Source: Ostreococcus lucimarinus (taxonomy: Eukaryota). From it: DNA of 64,000 nt. The stretch lies in NCBI GenBank assembly GCA_000092065.1, contig CP000583.1; one strand, given 5' to 3'. Positions 49,859 to 59,390 of the stretch are shown piece by piece. The first letter of the stretch is position 1. Every line of letters begins with the position of its first letter. The translations under genes were made by a program, and so were the position numbers. The notes under the pieces were generated by a model, which did no database searches, was not told the DNA's origin, and saw only the letters and a list, made by a program, of their open reading frames with translations.

Positions 49859-51943
49859 ATGCGCGCGCGCGCGGACCGCGCGACGGAGCGCGACGCGCTG
49901 CTGGCGTCGAGCGGAGACGCGACCGCGAGGGGTGTTGCGGATGGTGTTGGGCTCGGCGCGAACGACGAGGAACGCGCGCGCGACGCGACGAAGGCGCCGA
50001 CGCGGACGTGGACGCGCGCGAGGATCGGTGGCGTCGCGAGCGCGGGCGCGGCGACGCTCGCGATGATGGCGGTGGTGGCGCGGCGAGGGGGGTGGGACGC
50101 GCTCGGATTCCTCGACGACTCGGCGTACGGCGAATCGCCGCGATGGCGAGGACATCACGGGAAGGGCACGCTGTTGCCGCCGAAGCCGAGGAACGGGGAG
50201 ATTCGTCAGCCTCGAACGTTTACGATGTATGATCACTGTTTGTCGAGGGAGGTCAGGGAGTGGGCTTATGAGAAAGACTTTTGGAATTTCGCGCGTCGCA
50301 GCGGCAAGGTGGTGCGGCACAACTACGGCTCGCCAGATTTTTTCAATTACGAAAAGGGGATCGAGATGACGCGCGAAGAGATCGCGGATGGTTTGTATGC
50401 GTGGCAAGTAAACACGACTGGACACCGCGATGGTACGGATTGGGAGTTTGGATTCGCGATGGAAAACGACAAGGGAGATTACTTGTACGAAATCGGCAAG
50501 GGCACCGAGAACATGCCGTTGTCGTTCACCACGTGTTCGCAGCGATATGGTGATTTCTTCAACAGAAATATCCAAAACGAGCGTGACAAATCACATATCT
50601 CGTATGTTTTCGGTACTTGCCACGCTCAATGCCCGGCTGATTACCACGATTCGTCGTACAGTTCGCAGCCGTTGACGGGTACGATTCCCGCAAACGGGAC
50701 ACCACTCGACTTACAGGAGCAGCGAGACGCGCGCCTCGTCAAGCCATTGACGATTATGATGTTCCATGAGTCCAATGATGTGGAAGAACTGACGGGACTG
50801 AATCCGCATCTGCGCGTCGCGTTGCAAATGGACACGTCTCACAACCCGACACAGCAGTCCGTGCGTTGGATCGCCGGCGGCGTTGACTACTTTCGAAAGT
50901 TTATCAAAATGGTCAAGGTAGAGATATACATCAACACCGTTGGTGACACACCGAGAGCGTTCATAAAAATCATCGGCGCTAAGCGGTACAGGTTTGGTTT
51001 CGATAAGGGGTACGAATACGAAGAAAAGCAAAACCGAGACTGGCGCATCTTTGGCAAAGGCTCGAAGGAAGAATACAGAGGCTGCACCAAAGTTTATTGC
51101 GACCCTTCGCGATATGACCTCACGAAATTCTGGAACGATGCCGAAGCTGATATGCATGGCTTGGCGTTGCGTCAAATGCAGTACAAGAATCTCGTCGTTG
51201 GCGATTCCGCGCCCGTGGATTACAGTGTCACTACTGCTATCGATGGTATTGGCGGGAATAATCTTTTGACATGGGCCGCCCGCGCGAACACGGCGAAAGG
51301 TCACCTACTGGCCGCAAAGGGTCAATGGGGGCCAGATTTGGACGTTCGTCGCGTCATCGTGAAGGCTGGTACCATTTGCTCCCTGTCCACAAACATGGGC
51401 AACTGCATGTACGGCATCGCTCAGTCGTTCAATCCAGGCACCACGGGTTCTTGGCACAGCAGGGACTGGAAGCTCGGCACATACACGGGACCGACTAAGT
51501 ATCGCAAACAATGGGTTCTCGCGTCGCTCGTCGGCTACGGGTGGAAGATGGTCCGCATTGAAATTTATCAAGAGGATGGCGCGCTGTACGCTGTCACCAT
51601 TGATTGCTCAAACGACCATTCGCAAGAAGCCTCAGAGTACACCTCCACCACCGGTGACGGTTTGCTGAACGATTTATCGCAGCGATACCGAAACCCTTCT
51701 AATCACTGGCTCGCAGATGCTCCCACGTATCCCACCGGTCTTCGAGCGTATGAAAATTTCGACGATACGACAAGAAAAATCCTCAACCTTGGCGGTCTCT
51801 ATTACGACCTCGCCGGCGATATGCGTCCGTCGCTCACGGGATTGGAAGAAATCTACACCACTCTCGAGATCGAGGAAGCGTTGTCCGAGGACTCGGAGGA
51901 TCCCTCAGAAGTCGCCCCCACGGCCACGGCGTCGAGACGGTGA
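49859..51943 (+). CDS. hypothetical type II membrane protein with large W/Y/G-rich lumenal domain (no recognised family)
   Basis: From MRARADRA (49859): a short Arg-rich cytosolic N-terminus, one TM helix (IGGVASAGAATLAMMAVVA), then ~600 aa lacking low complexity. GC drops to about 50% from ~50200 onward. The upstream part of ORF 49565.. is antisense of the sterol reductase start. Confidence 0.5.
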   Translation: MRARADRATERDALLASSGDATARGVADGVGLGANDEERARDATKAPTRTWTRARIGGVASAGAATLAMMAVVARRGGWDALGFLDDSAYGESPRWRGHHGKGTLLPPKPRNGEIRQPRTFTMYDHCLSREVREWAYEKDFWNFARRSGKVVRHNYGSPDFFNYEKGIEMTREEIADGLYAWQVNTTGHRDGTDWEFGFAMENDKGDYLYEIGKGTENMPLSFTTCSQRYGDFFNRNIQNERDKSHISYVFGTCHAQCPADYHDSSYSSQPLTGTIPANGTPLDLQEQRDARLVKPLTIMMFHESNDVEELTGLNPHLRVALQMDTSHNPTQQSVRWIAGGVDYFRKFIKMVKVEIYINTVGDTPRAFIKIIGAKRYRFGFDKGYEYEEKQNRDWRIFGKGSKEEYRGCTKVYCDPSRYDLTKFWNDAEADMHGLALRQMQYKNLVVGDSAPVDYSVTTAIDGIGGNNLLTWAARANTAKGHLLAAKGQWGPDLDVRRVIVKAGTICSLSTNMGNCMYGIAQSFNPGTTGSWHSRDWKLGTYTGPTKYRKQWVLASLVGYGWKMVRIEIYQEDGALYAVTIDCSNDHSQEASEYTSTTGDGLLNDLSQRYRNPSNHWLADAPTYPTGLRAYENFDDTTRKILNLGGLYYDLAGDMRPSLTGLEEIYTTLEIEEALSEDSEDPSEVAPTATASRR

Positions 51944-52071
51944 GCGCTGCGCGCCGCGACGATGGAGGGCGTCACTGAATAAATGTCACTGTAATAAATT
52001 CTCATACACGTTTTTGTCACCGACCACACTTCATCGTATCGATATGAAATAATCACTCATTCTAGACATGG

Positions 52072-54624
52072 CTAATAGGGATCGACGTTCGGGCAATTTT
52101 GCGCCCAGTGTCCTCGTTCACCGCACTTGAAGCACGCGTTGTCGTTGCCGTCGCGCTCGGCGCGCGTTCTACGTCGCCCACCGTTTGCGGCAGCGCCGCG
52201 GCCTCCCGCTCGGCCACCACGACCTCTTCCGCGACCGGCACCGTTCACTTGCGGTGGAGCTTGACGCACGGGAGATACTCTCGCGACAGGTTGTTCTTCC
52301 GCTTGACAAGCGCGCAAAAATTGCTGGAACTCTCCACTGCAAAACACGCATCCGCTCCAACGTTGCATGTGCTGCTGGCCCGCAGGCATGTGGATGAGAG
52401 CAAACTTGAATAGCAGTAACTGACTTTGACATCGACACGATTCGGGTTCGATGGTAATGTTTCGCGTGCACTTGGGCATGACTACTCTGTGAGCACAATG
52501 TGCCGCCTCGCACGAAACCGTGAATGTTGAAATATTTCTCGCCCCTATCGTCGATCGCAACGTGGATTCGCCTTGACAACTCGGACAACGCTCTCGAACA
52601 ACACCAACAACATCACCTGCCATTTGTTGAGCAACGTTTACTCTTGCATTATTCACGTGTCCATTCATATGCTCGACTCCGCCGCCACGATCTCCGCCGT
52701 TCATGTACGATCCGACGGTGTTTGTCAACATGTTTTCATCAGTCGCGACACGGTCGTAAGCTTGCAGCATAGTTTGTAAATGCAGTCGCAAACCTGCGTT
52801 GGGATCCATCCGGTTGTGTGCGACAGCGTCTACATCCGCTTCCATCTTTGCTCGTTTCGTCGGCAGCCACATGTCCGCGACTCCCATTCGATCGTAGGCG
52901 AGAACCAGCGCTTCCCCTAGCTCTGTCGGCATCAATCTGTTATCGCCCACTTTTCGAGCGTATCCTCGTTCGCCAACTACTTTTTCTATGTGCTGCGCCT
53001 GCGTAGCGTCTGTTCCGATCATGTGTGACTCCATGAGCGAAAGCAAATCCACCTCGCTGAGATAATCTGGAGGTCTCGTCGATCCTTCGTGTAAATTCAG
53101 AGTTGGGACAAATTGTTCTCCTGGGGTGTACACAGGCAGCGTGCTATTGCCCCAGTTATCGTAAGTCGGCGCTAACCGTGGACCTTCAGGAGGACCAGGG
53201 CCGTAGATATCCAAATAGTTACGTTCACGAATCATCACGCCTGTCGCACGGAAGGTTTCGCCGGCGATGTCGACATCCACGTGCGTCTTCAACGCCACAG
53301 CTGGATATGAACATGTGGCCAAAAAGTGCCTGCAGACGAACTCGTACACTTTAGGGGCGTTGTGGTTTTTGTTGCGCATTTGAGCGTACTGTGCATCCGT
53401 GGCGAGCTTGGTTGGGTAGATGGGGGGATGCGCTTTGTCATCCTTGGTGCCGCCCGGAGGTCGTCGAAACTGCCCGCCTGTCGTCAATCGCTCGACGTAA
53501 AAACCAAACTGCGGGTGCTGATGCATCTCGCGCAGCGTTCCATCGTAATCGAAATCATTTGGAAATTTGTCTGTCTCCGTGCGCGGATAAGAGATGAAAC
53601 CATCGTTGTACAAGTCCTCAGCAATCTTCATAATTTGCTCGGGGGAAATGCGCAACACTCTATTCAAGCGCTTTTGCATCTCAATGGTGTTCAAGGGATG
53701 CGGTGGCCAACGTTTGCTTTCTTGCCCGTCCACGTCGATGACAGTGGCAGAGTTGGCCCGCACGCACAGGTCATGCAACGCAGAGGCGAAAGCACGATCG
53801 AACAACCTTCCGCGGCTCCATTCAAACTGCGTCGTTGTGCCTTCGCGAGAATGCGAACACTTGATGGCCCAGAAATCTTCGCTCACGTGCGCATCAATGT
53901 CCCACTTCCTTTGCACGATGAAACCGAGCGTGGGAAATTGACACGGCCCGTACGACACGATCGATTTGCCTTTATCGTCTACCGGCAGCCCCACGCCTGC
54001 GCGCTGCAACGCCAACGTGTTGAATCGCGTAAACGCCGCGCCGAGTCTCAAATCCAACTCCATGCGCATATCTACCGCCTTGGACTCGTGTTGGTTCGGT
54101 TCCACGAGATTCGTCAACGCTCGGTCGGCATCACCCCGACTCAGCGCCGAAAACCGCGCTCGAAACGCAGCGATGCCCCGATTCGCTTCTCGACACGCCG
54201 CGAGCACCTCAAACGCGATATTCTCTCCCTCGCGATCGCAATCCAACCATAAAATCACCGAATCGCACCCTCGCGCCTCTCGTTTCACATTATCAGCCAC
54301 CTGTCTCTTATCCTCCGGCACCCGCTTCGCCACCGCCGCGTTCACGAGCAGCTCTCGCGGATCGACGCCGTTCCACCGTCTGTGCCTGTCGTCGGCGAAT
54401 TCAAAATTACTCAAGTGCCCCGTCACCGACGTGAACACCATCGTCACCCGCCGACCGCGCACTTCGTACGGGAATTCCCAGACTTTATTATACCTCGACG
54501 TCCCTTCGCGCGCGCTCGCGCGTCCGTTCGACAGCACGCGCGAGATCTCTTTCGCCACCGATGGTTTCTCAGCCACGTTCAACACGCGCGCGCCGATCGC
54601 TCCGCGCGCGCTCTGGCGCTGCAT
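52072..54624 (-). CDS. TOP3A: DNA topoisomerase III alpha (type IA) with C-terminal RGG box and CCHC zinc knuckle
   Basis: The Toprim N-terminus VLNVAEKPSVAKEISRVLS...YNKVWEFPY, the type IA core, and a C-terminal GRGRGGRAGGRGAAANGGRRR plus CFKCGERGHWAQNCPN. Confidence 0.9.
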   Translation of the reverse strand: MQRQSARGAIGARVLNVAEKPSVAKEISRVLSNGRASAREGTSRYNKVWEFPYEVRGRRVTMVFTSVTGHLSNFEFADDRHRRWNGVDPRELLVNAAVAKRVPEDKRQVADNVKREARGCDSVILWLDCDREGENIAFEVLAACREANRGIAAFRARFSALSRGDADRALTNLVEPNQHESKAVDMRMELDLRLGAAFTRFNTLALQRAGVGLPVDDKGKSIVSYGPCQFPTLGFIVQRKWDIDAHVSEDFWAIKCSHSREGTTTQFEWSRGRLFDRAFASALHDLCVRANSATVIDVDGQESKRWPPHPLNTIEMQKRLNRVLRISPEQIMKIAEDLYNDGFISYPRTETDKFPNDFDYDGTLREMHQHPQFGFYVERLTTGGQFRRPPGGTKDDKAHPPIYPTKLATDAQYAQMRNKNHNAPKVYEFVCRHFLATCSYPAVALKTHVDVDIAGETFRATGVMIRERNYLDIYGPGPPEGPRLAPTYDNWGNSTLPVYTPGEQFVPTLNLHEGSTRPPDYLSEVDLLSLMESHMIGTDATQAQHIEKVVGERGYARKVGDNRLMPTELGEALVLAYDRMGVADMWLPTKRAKMEADVDAVAHNRMDPNAGLRLHLQTMLQAYDRVATDENMLTNTVGSYMNGGDRGGGVEHMNGHVNNARVNVAQQMAGDVVGVVRERCPSCQGESTLRSTIGARNISTFTVSCEAAHCAHRVVMPKCTRNITIEPESCRCQSQLLLFKFALIHMPAGQQHMQRWSGCVFCSGEFQQFLRACQAEEQPVARVSPVRQAPPQVNGAGRGRGRGGRAGGRGAAANGGRRRTRAERDGNDNACFKCGERGHWAQNCPNVDPY

Positions 54625-54887
54625 CGCGCTCGCTCGCTACGCGCGTCTTCTGCGGTCGTCGCGAGCGTCGAGCGCGGAATCACGCGTCGAGCGCGCGAAG
54701 CATCGCGTCGTCGAATGCGGAACTGAGCACCTCGCGCTCGGTTCCGCCAGTGCGCCGCGCGCGACGTTCGCGAGCACGCGCGCGCGCGAGCGCGACGCCG
54801 CGCGCGCGTGGTGTGACGGTTGAGACGCGCGCGAGCGGTAAACGCGCCGAACGCGACGTTGAACGGGGCGATTGATTGATTTGACTC

Positions 54888-56537
54888 ATGGCTAACCGTC
54901 GACCCATGAACGCGGCGCAACGACGCTACGACGCCTGGCGCGCGGCGCTGCTCGGAGAGGAAACGCAAGAAGAGATGTTCTTTCGTCGCGTGGCGTACGA
55001 ACGCGCGAGGACGCGCGCGCTCGGAGCCAAGTGGGCGAGAGGGGATGACGTCGACGCGGCGAACGAAGACGCGCGCCGAAGCGTCGCGATGGACGTCGAG
55101 CGATTGCCGAACGAAGACCCCGTGCGAGCGTCGCAAATGTGCGTGACGGCGCTGAAGAGGATATTGCTGACGCACGCGTGTGGAAGCGGAGGGAAGCGAG
55201 GATATAGGCAGGGGATGCACGAGGTGGCTTCGATGGTGTTGGAGACGCGCGCTTCGGCGGCAGAGTATTCAAAGGCGGCGACGGGGACGGTGCGATGGGA
55301 TCGTCGGGACGATGAGGAGAAATACGACGACGGTGATGGATTGTTTGCGACGACGTCGTACGATGAGCGCGAAATTGCGAGCGCAGGGTCGAGAGATTAT
55401 CGATTCGTCGAGCACGACGCGCACGCGCTATTCGAGGCGTTCATGGGAGACGCTCGCAGCGAACGGGACGACGAGCGCTTGGCGTTGGGGACGTATTACG
55501 AAGACGCCACGACGCCGACGTCGCCAATTTGCGCGGCGTTCCGTAGAATAGAAAACGCGCTGCGTTCGTTGGATGAAAATTTGGCGAAAAAGTTAGTCAA
55601 GATGGAAGTCGAGCCGCAGCTGTATTTGCTTCGGTGGTTGCGGCTCGGCTTTGGGCGCGAATTCCACCGTCGAGATGTCTTGACTTTGTGGGATGCGATA
55701 TTCGAGTCGTTGTCGGCCACGATCGGAGAGAACGGGGAGACCATGTCGAGTCGCGACTTTTACGAAGGTATCGCGGTGAGTGTGTTGATGACGATGCGAA
55801 ACGATATCTTGAGCCTCGACGATTTCGGCGCCGTGATGAGTCGATTGCAAAACGTGCCGCCGGGGATTCAAATGCAACACATGGTCGCGCGTGCGAAGGC
55901 GATGGCTGTCACTGGATTACTCAAGTACGATGAAACGGATGGGATGAAGATCTTCACGTCGCGAAAGCCTCCGCATCGATCATCACCGAATCGTCTCGTC
56001 GTGCCCCATATTCGCGGGAAGGCACCCCCGAGCGTCCAGACGATCGCGCGTTGGGACAGCGACGCCAGCGTGGACGGAAGCATCGACAGTCTGAGCGTCC
56101 AAGCCGATGACGACGACGACGACGCGCGAGAAGACACATCATCCTCGCGACCGGCGAGCGACGCAATCGAGCGCGTGGAATCGCTGACGTTGCGCGTTCC
56201 TTCGCCGACGACGACGCGCCGCGCGCCCACCGCCGACGACGACGACCCATTCACGGGTTCAATCTTCGCCGCGACTCCATCGATTCCATCCCACGCCGAT
56301 TCTCCCACCGCCTCCGTCCTCCGCGAGACGTCTTCGCGCATCAACGACGCCCTCGGCGTCGCCCGCGCGCCTCCCGCGGCGTCGAGCGCCCGTTCGCGCG
56401 CCGACGCCGCCGACCACCTCCGCCTCGCCCTCGCCGCGCTCAACGACGCCATCGCCGCGTCTCCCGAGCGCGAGGTCCACGTCCTCGCCGCCGACGCCGC
56501 GGCGCTCGCCGCGTCCGCGCTCGAGCGTCTCGAATAG
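54888..56537 (+). CDS. TBC-domain Rab GTPase-activating protein
   Basis: The Arg-finger context (RRSVAMDVERLPNED, compare IxxDxxR) and Gln-finger context (GYRQGMHEVASMVL, compare YxQGM) sit in a helical ~330-aa domain. The C-terminus is Ser/Ala/Asp-rich low complexity. Confidence 0.65.
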   Translation: MANRRPMNAAQRRYDAWRAALLGEETQEEMFFRRVAYERARTRALGAKWARGDDVDAANEDARRSVAMDVERLPNEDPVRASQMCVTALKRILLTHACGSGGKRGYRQGMHEVASMVLETRASAAEYSKAATGTVRWDRRDDEEKYDDGDGLFATTSYDEREIASAGSRDYRFVEHDAHALFEAFMGDARSERDDERLALGTYYEDATTPTSPICAAFRRIENALRSLDENLAKKLVKMEVEPQLYLLRWLRLGFGREFHRRDVLTLWDAIFESLSATIGENGETMSSRDFYEGIAVSVLMTMRNDILSLDDFGAVMSRLQNVPPGIQMQHMVARAKAMAVTGLLKYDETDGMKIFTSRKPPHRSSPNRLVVPHIRGKAPPSVQTIARWDSDASVDGSIDSLSVQADDDDDDAREDTSSSRPASDAIERVESLTLRVPSPTTTRRAPTADDDDPFTGSIFAATPSIPSHADSPTASVLRETSSRINDALGVARAPPAASSARSRADAADHLRLALAALNDAIAASPEREVHVLAADAAALAASALERLE

Positions 56538-56720
56538 CCAAGTCGCGATCCCCCCTCGCGCGTCGAGGGGGGGGGAACAGAGACGATCCATCTCCTCGAC
56601 GTCGCCCCGAGCCGTCGCGCGCGCGCGACCGCAATATCTCGCGCGCGATCTCGGACGCGCGTCTCGCGGGTGCGTGAAAAAAGCGACGGAACGCGCGCGC
56701 GCGACGCGCGATTCGCGATT

Positions 56721-56723
<3 letters not shown>

Positions 56724-56762
<39 letters not shown>
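56724..56762. repeat. (GACGCG)6 simple repeat in a CpG-rich intergenic region
   Basis: cgcgacgcgacgcgacgcgacgcgacgcgacgcgcg, upstream of the membrane-protein gene. GACGCG-type motifs recur in most intergenic regions of the window. Confidence 0.7.
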
Positions 56763-56763
<1 letters not shown>

Positions 56764-56862
56764 ATCGCGCGCGAATCGCCCGCGGCCATCGAGCGCTGAC
56801 TCATTAACTGACGAATTCACGAAACGCAGACGCGCGACGCGGAACGCGGAACGCGCGACGCG

Positions 56863-59154
56863 ATGGCCGACGTCGAGAGTGGAAAAACGAACGTCGCTCG
56901 CGTGCGCGACGATGAGGTCGCGCGCGCGGGACGAAGGACGGGCTGGGCGCTGGTCGCGCTGTCGGCGCTCATGGCGGCGTTTTGCCTGAGCCTGATGGCC
57001 GTCTTCGCGAAGGAGATGGCGGACGTCGCGGGAGATCACTGCGCCGAGTACGGGGTGTCGTTCAGTGGAGATGGGTCGACGTGTCAGTACGTGAAGGAAA
57101 ACTGGTGCGCGGCGATTAATACCGCGGGCGGCTCGGTGAGCGTCGGGTGCTCGTCGGGGGCGACGTTCGCGGACCCGGAAACGTACACGCAAAATACGTG
57201 TCCGCAAGGATGCTCTGGGGCGTGCGATGGAAGCGCTAGCGATACGAACGCTGCGGTCGCGTCGTGGAAGTCTCAGATCAAGCGGCTGCAGCAGTGCTAC
57301 GCCAACTCTCCGAAGTCTCGTCAGTGCTTGCCGACCGTGGATACCGACGGCAGTTTGGCCAACTACCGAGGTTTCAAGGCGGCGCATCCATCGCTCGGAT
57401 TGGGCGGAAGTACGGCTTTTATCGCGCGAGACGCGTTTTTGGACGCCTGCGATGCACAATTAGTGTACGCAAACCGTCGCCAAACCGGAGGATACGGTGT
57501 TTTGGCCATGATGTGCGTCGCGCTTCTCGTCTGGATTATCAGGTGCGCGCTCACTTTGCGAAAGCCGAATTACTCAAAGCGTCCTCGAGAGACGGAAATG
57601 AAGCCTCTCACGACGTTCAGCGAGAAGAAAAGCTTCAACAACCGTTATCACCCGGATTCAGTGTGGATATGGTACTCTTTCGTGACGGCCATGTTCGGTT
57701 TCGCCGTGCAATTATACTCCTTCTACACGCCGACGACGACGGACATTCGCATCCCAATCGCGCAAGGGGTGTGGATCACCTTGGAGATCGTCACCCGCGC
57801 TGTTTTGACGCTCTTGGACAAGTTCACCTTGGTCGAGGCGAGTGCTATCTTCTTTGACATCGGTTTCTCCACCGTGGGTTTCACCGCGCTTTTGGAACCC
57901 TTCTTCGAGCCAAAGATTACGGACACACTTCCCGAAGTCGACGAATCCATCACGGATTACGCTTTGGCCATTCGAGTCGTTTCTTTCATCTATCCGCTCT
58001 GCGCTTCGTCGTTGAAGGTGCGAGATCTTTACGTCGACAACTTCTGGCCCGCCCCCGCCACGGCCAAGGCGATGACGGAAAAGAAGCGATCGTTCAAGAG
58101 GACCATCATCAAGCTCGTCTTGCTCGGTTTGCAACTCGGCGCCGCCATGTCTGTGTACGGCATTATGGGCAACAAAGAGCTCTGCCATCAATTCCGCACG
58201 TGTGCTCGCGGTAGTTGTACCCCCAACGTACCCGTCGGTGCGCCTCTCGATGCGGAACTCTTCGGCGGAGGCTCTACCGGTGATAATATGAAGTATGCCG
58301 CTCGCATGATCTCGGACGATGGCACGATGATCTGGCGTTGGGGAATCAACTCGAACACGCAAATGAAGATGACCAAGTCGGGCGGCAAGTTATACGCTGA
58401 CCTTAAATTTGCTATCCCGAACGGCGCGACGGAGAACGGCGTCTCGATTCCAGGCAATGGGGCGACCTATACCGTCAGCGGACTCACAGCCCCGACTTCA
58501 GCGTGTGGTACTCGCTACGAAGTCCAGTGCCAAGAGGTGAACCCGCGTCACTCCTTCTCGTATATGACGGGCAAGTACGAATGGGTCAAGTACAACACAT
58601 CGGCGTACAAGTTTGTCGCGAGACACGACTACGAACAGACGACTGGTTCTCCCTCTTGCTTCGGCGCCTCGACGCAGTGGTGGAAAGACAACGGCATGTT
58701 TGTCGGCGGTCCGGAAGCCGTCGTCGGAGGCACGGCGCAAAATCCAGATCTTGGATTCGTCTTCGAGGAGCAAAAGTGCTGGTACACAGCAGGAGGCACA
58801 ACGACTTTTACCAAGTACTGCTTGGTTGCGCCCGCTTACCTCGGTGTCTTTAAACCGTTCGGTCGCGCATCCGTCGTTGGTTCGTGGACATGGTCGAACT
58901 CGGGCTCGTCGATGCCGACCACGTGGGGCACGTCTGCGCTCGACTTCAGGTTGGTCATGAACGAGAACCAAATCATCGCCGCCGGCGGCTCTAGCTCGGG
59001 CAGCGCTGGCGCTGGCGGTTGCCCGACGTCCTTCAGCGCGTCGGCGCCGTGTCCGTGCCCTCCGGCGGGCGTCACATGTACCGCTCCCGGCGCCGGCGCG
59101 TGCACCCAAAACAACGGCTGCCCGAGCTTTTACACGGCGCCGACCGGCAAGTAA
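56863..59154 (+). CDS. hypothetical polytopic membrane protein with Cys/Gly-rich C-terminal ectodomain
   Basis: 763 aa with at least 6 predicted TM helices (for example GVLAMMCVALLVWIIRCALTL and IIKLVLLGLQLGAAMSVYGIMG). The large C-terminal domain is rich in W/C/G and ends CPCPPAGVTCTAPGAGACTQNNGCP. No family recognised. Confidence 0.55.
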   Translation: MADVESGKTNVARVRDDEVARAGRRTGWALVALSALMAAFCLSLMAVFAKEMADVAGDHCAEYGVSFSGDGSTCQYVKENWCAAINTAGGSVSVGCSSGATFADPETYTQNTCPQGCSGACDGSASDTNAAVASWKSQIKRLQQCYANSPKSRQCLPTVDTDGSLANYRGFKAAHPSLGLGGSTAFIARDAFLDACDAQLVYANRRQTGGYGVLAMMCVALLVWIIRCALTLRKPNYSKRPRETEMKPLTTFSEKKSFNNRYHPDSVWIWYSFVTAMFGFAVQLYSFYTPTTTDIRIPIAQGVWITLEIVTRAVLTLLDKFTLVEASAIFFDIGFSTVGFTALLEPFFEPKITDTLPEVDESITDYALAIRVVSFIYPLCASSLKVRDLYVDNFWPAPATAKAMTEKKRSFKRTIIKLVLLGLQLGAAMSVYGIMGNKELCHQFRTCARGSCTPNVPVGAPLDAELFGGGSTGDNMKYAARMISDDGTMIWRWGINSNTQMKMTKSGGKLYADLKFAIPNGATENGVSIPGNGATYTVSGLTAPTSACGTRYEVQCQEVNPRHSFSYMTGKYEWVKYNTSAYKFVARHDYEQTTGSPSCFGASTQWWKDNGMFVGGPEAVVGGTAQNPDLGFVFEEQKCWYTAGGTTTFTKYCLVAPAYLGVFKPFGRASVVGSWTWSNSGSSMPTTWGTSALDFRLVMNENQIIAAGGSSSGSAGAGGCPTSFSASAPCPCPPAGVTCTAPGAGACTQNNGCPSFYTAPTGK

Positions 59155-59390
59155 CCGACGCCTCCGCCGCGTCGAATCTCCAAGAACTTCTCCAACTTTT
59201 CAAGCGTGTCGATCTCCCGCACCGCGGAGAAGAAAATCAAGTCAACAATGGTAACGATAAGGATTTCACCAGTCCGGCCACGATCAAGCAAGTAAAGTAA
59301 CCCACTCCGCTCCGACGCGTTTGTCAATCCAACGCGCCGACGTATGTATACCAGCCGCCGCCACGCGCCTCGCACACACCGTCGCGCGCG

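Noticed and set aside
56690-56770. Regularly spaced GACGCG repeats, considered as a possible CRISPR-like array or binding-site array
   Set aside because: It is a perfect 6-nt microsatellite with no spacers, and the context is eukaryotic intergenic DNA. Similar GACGCG tracts occur throughout the window.
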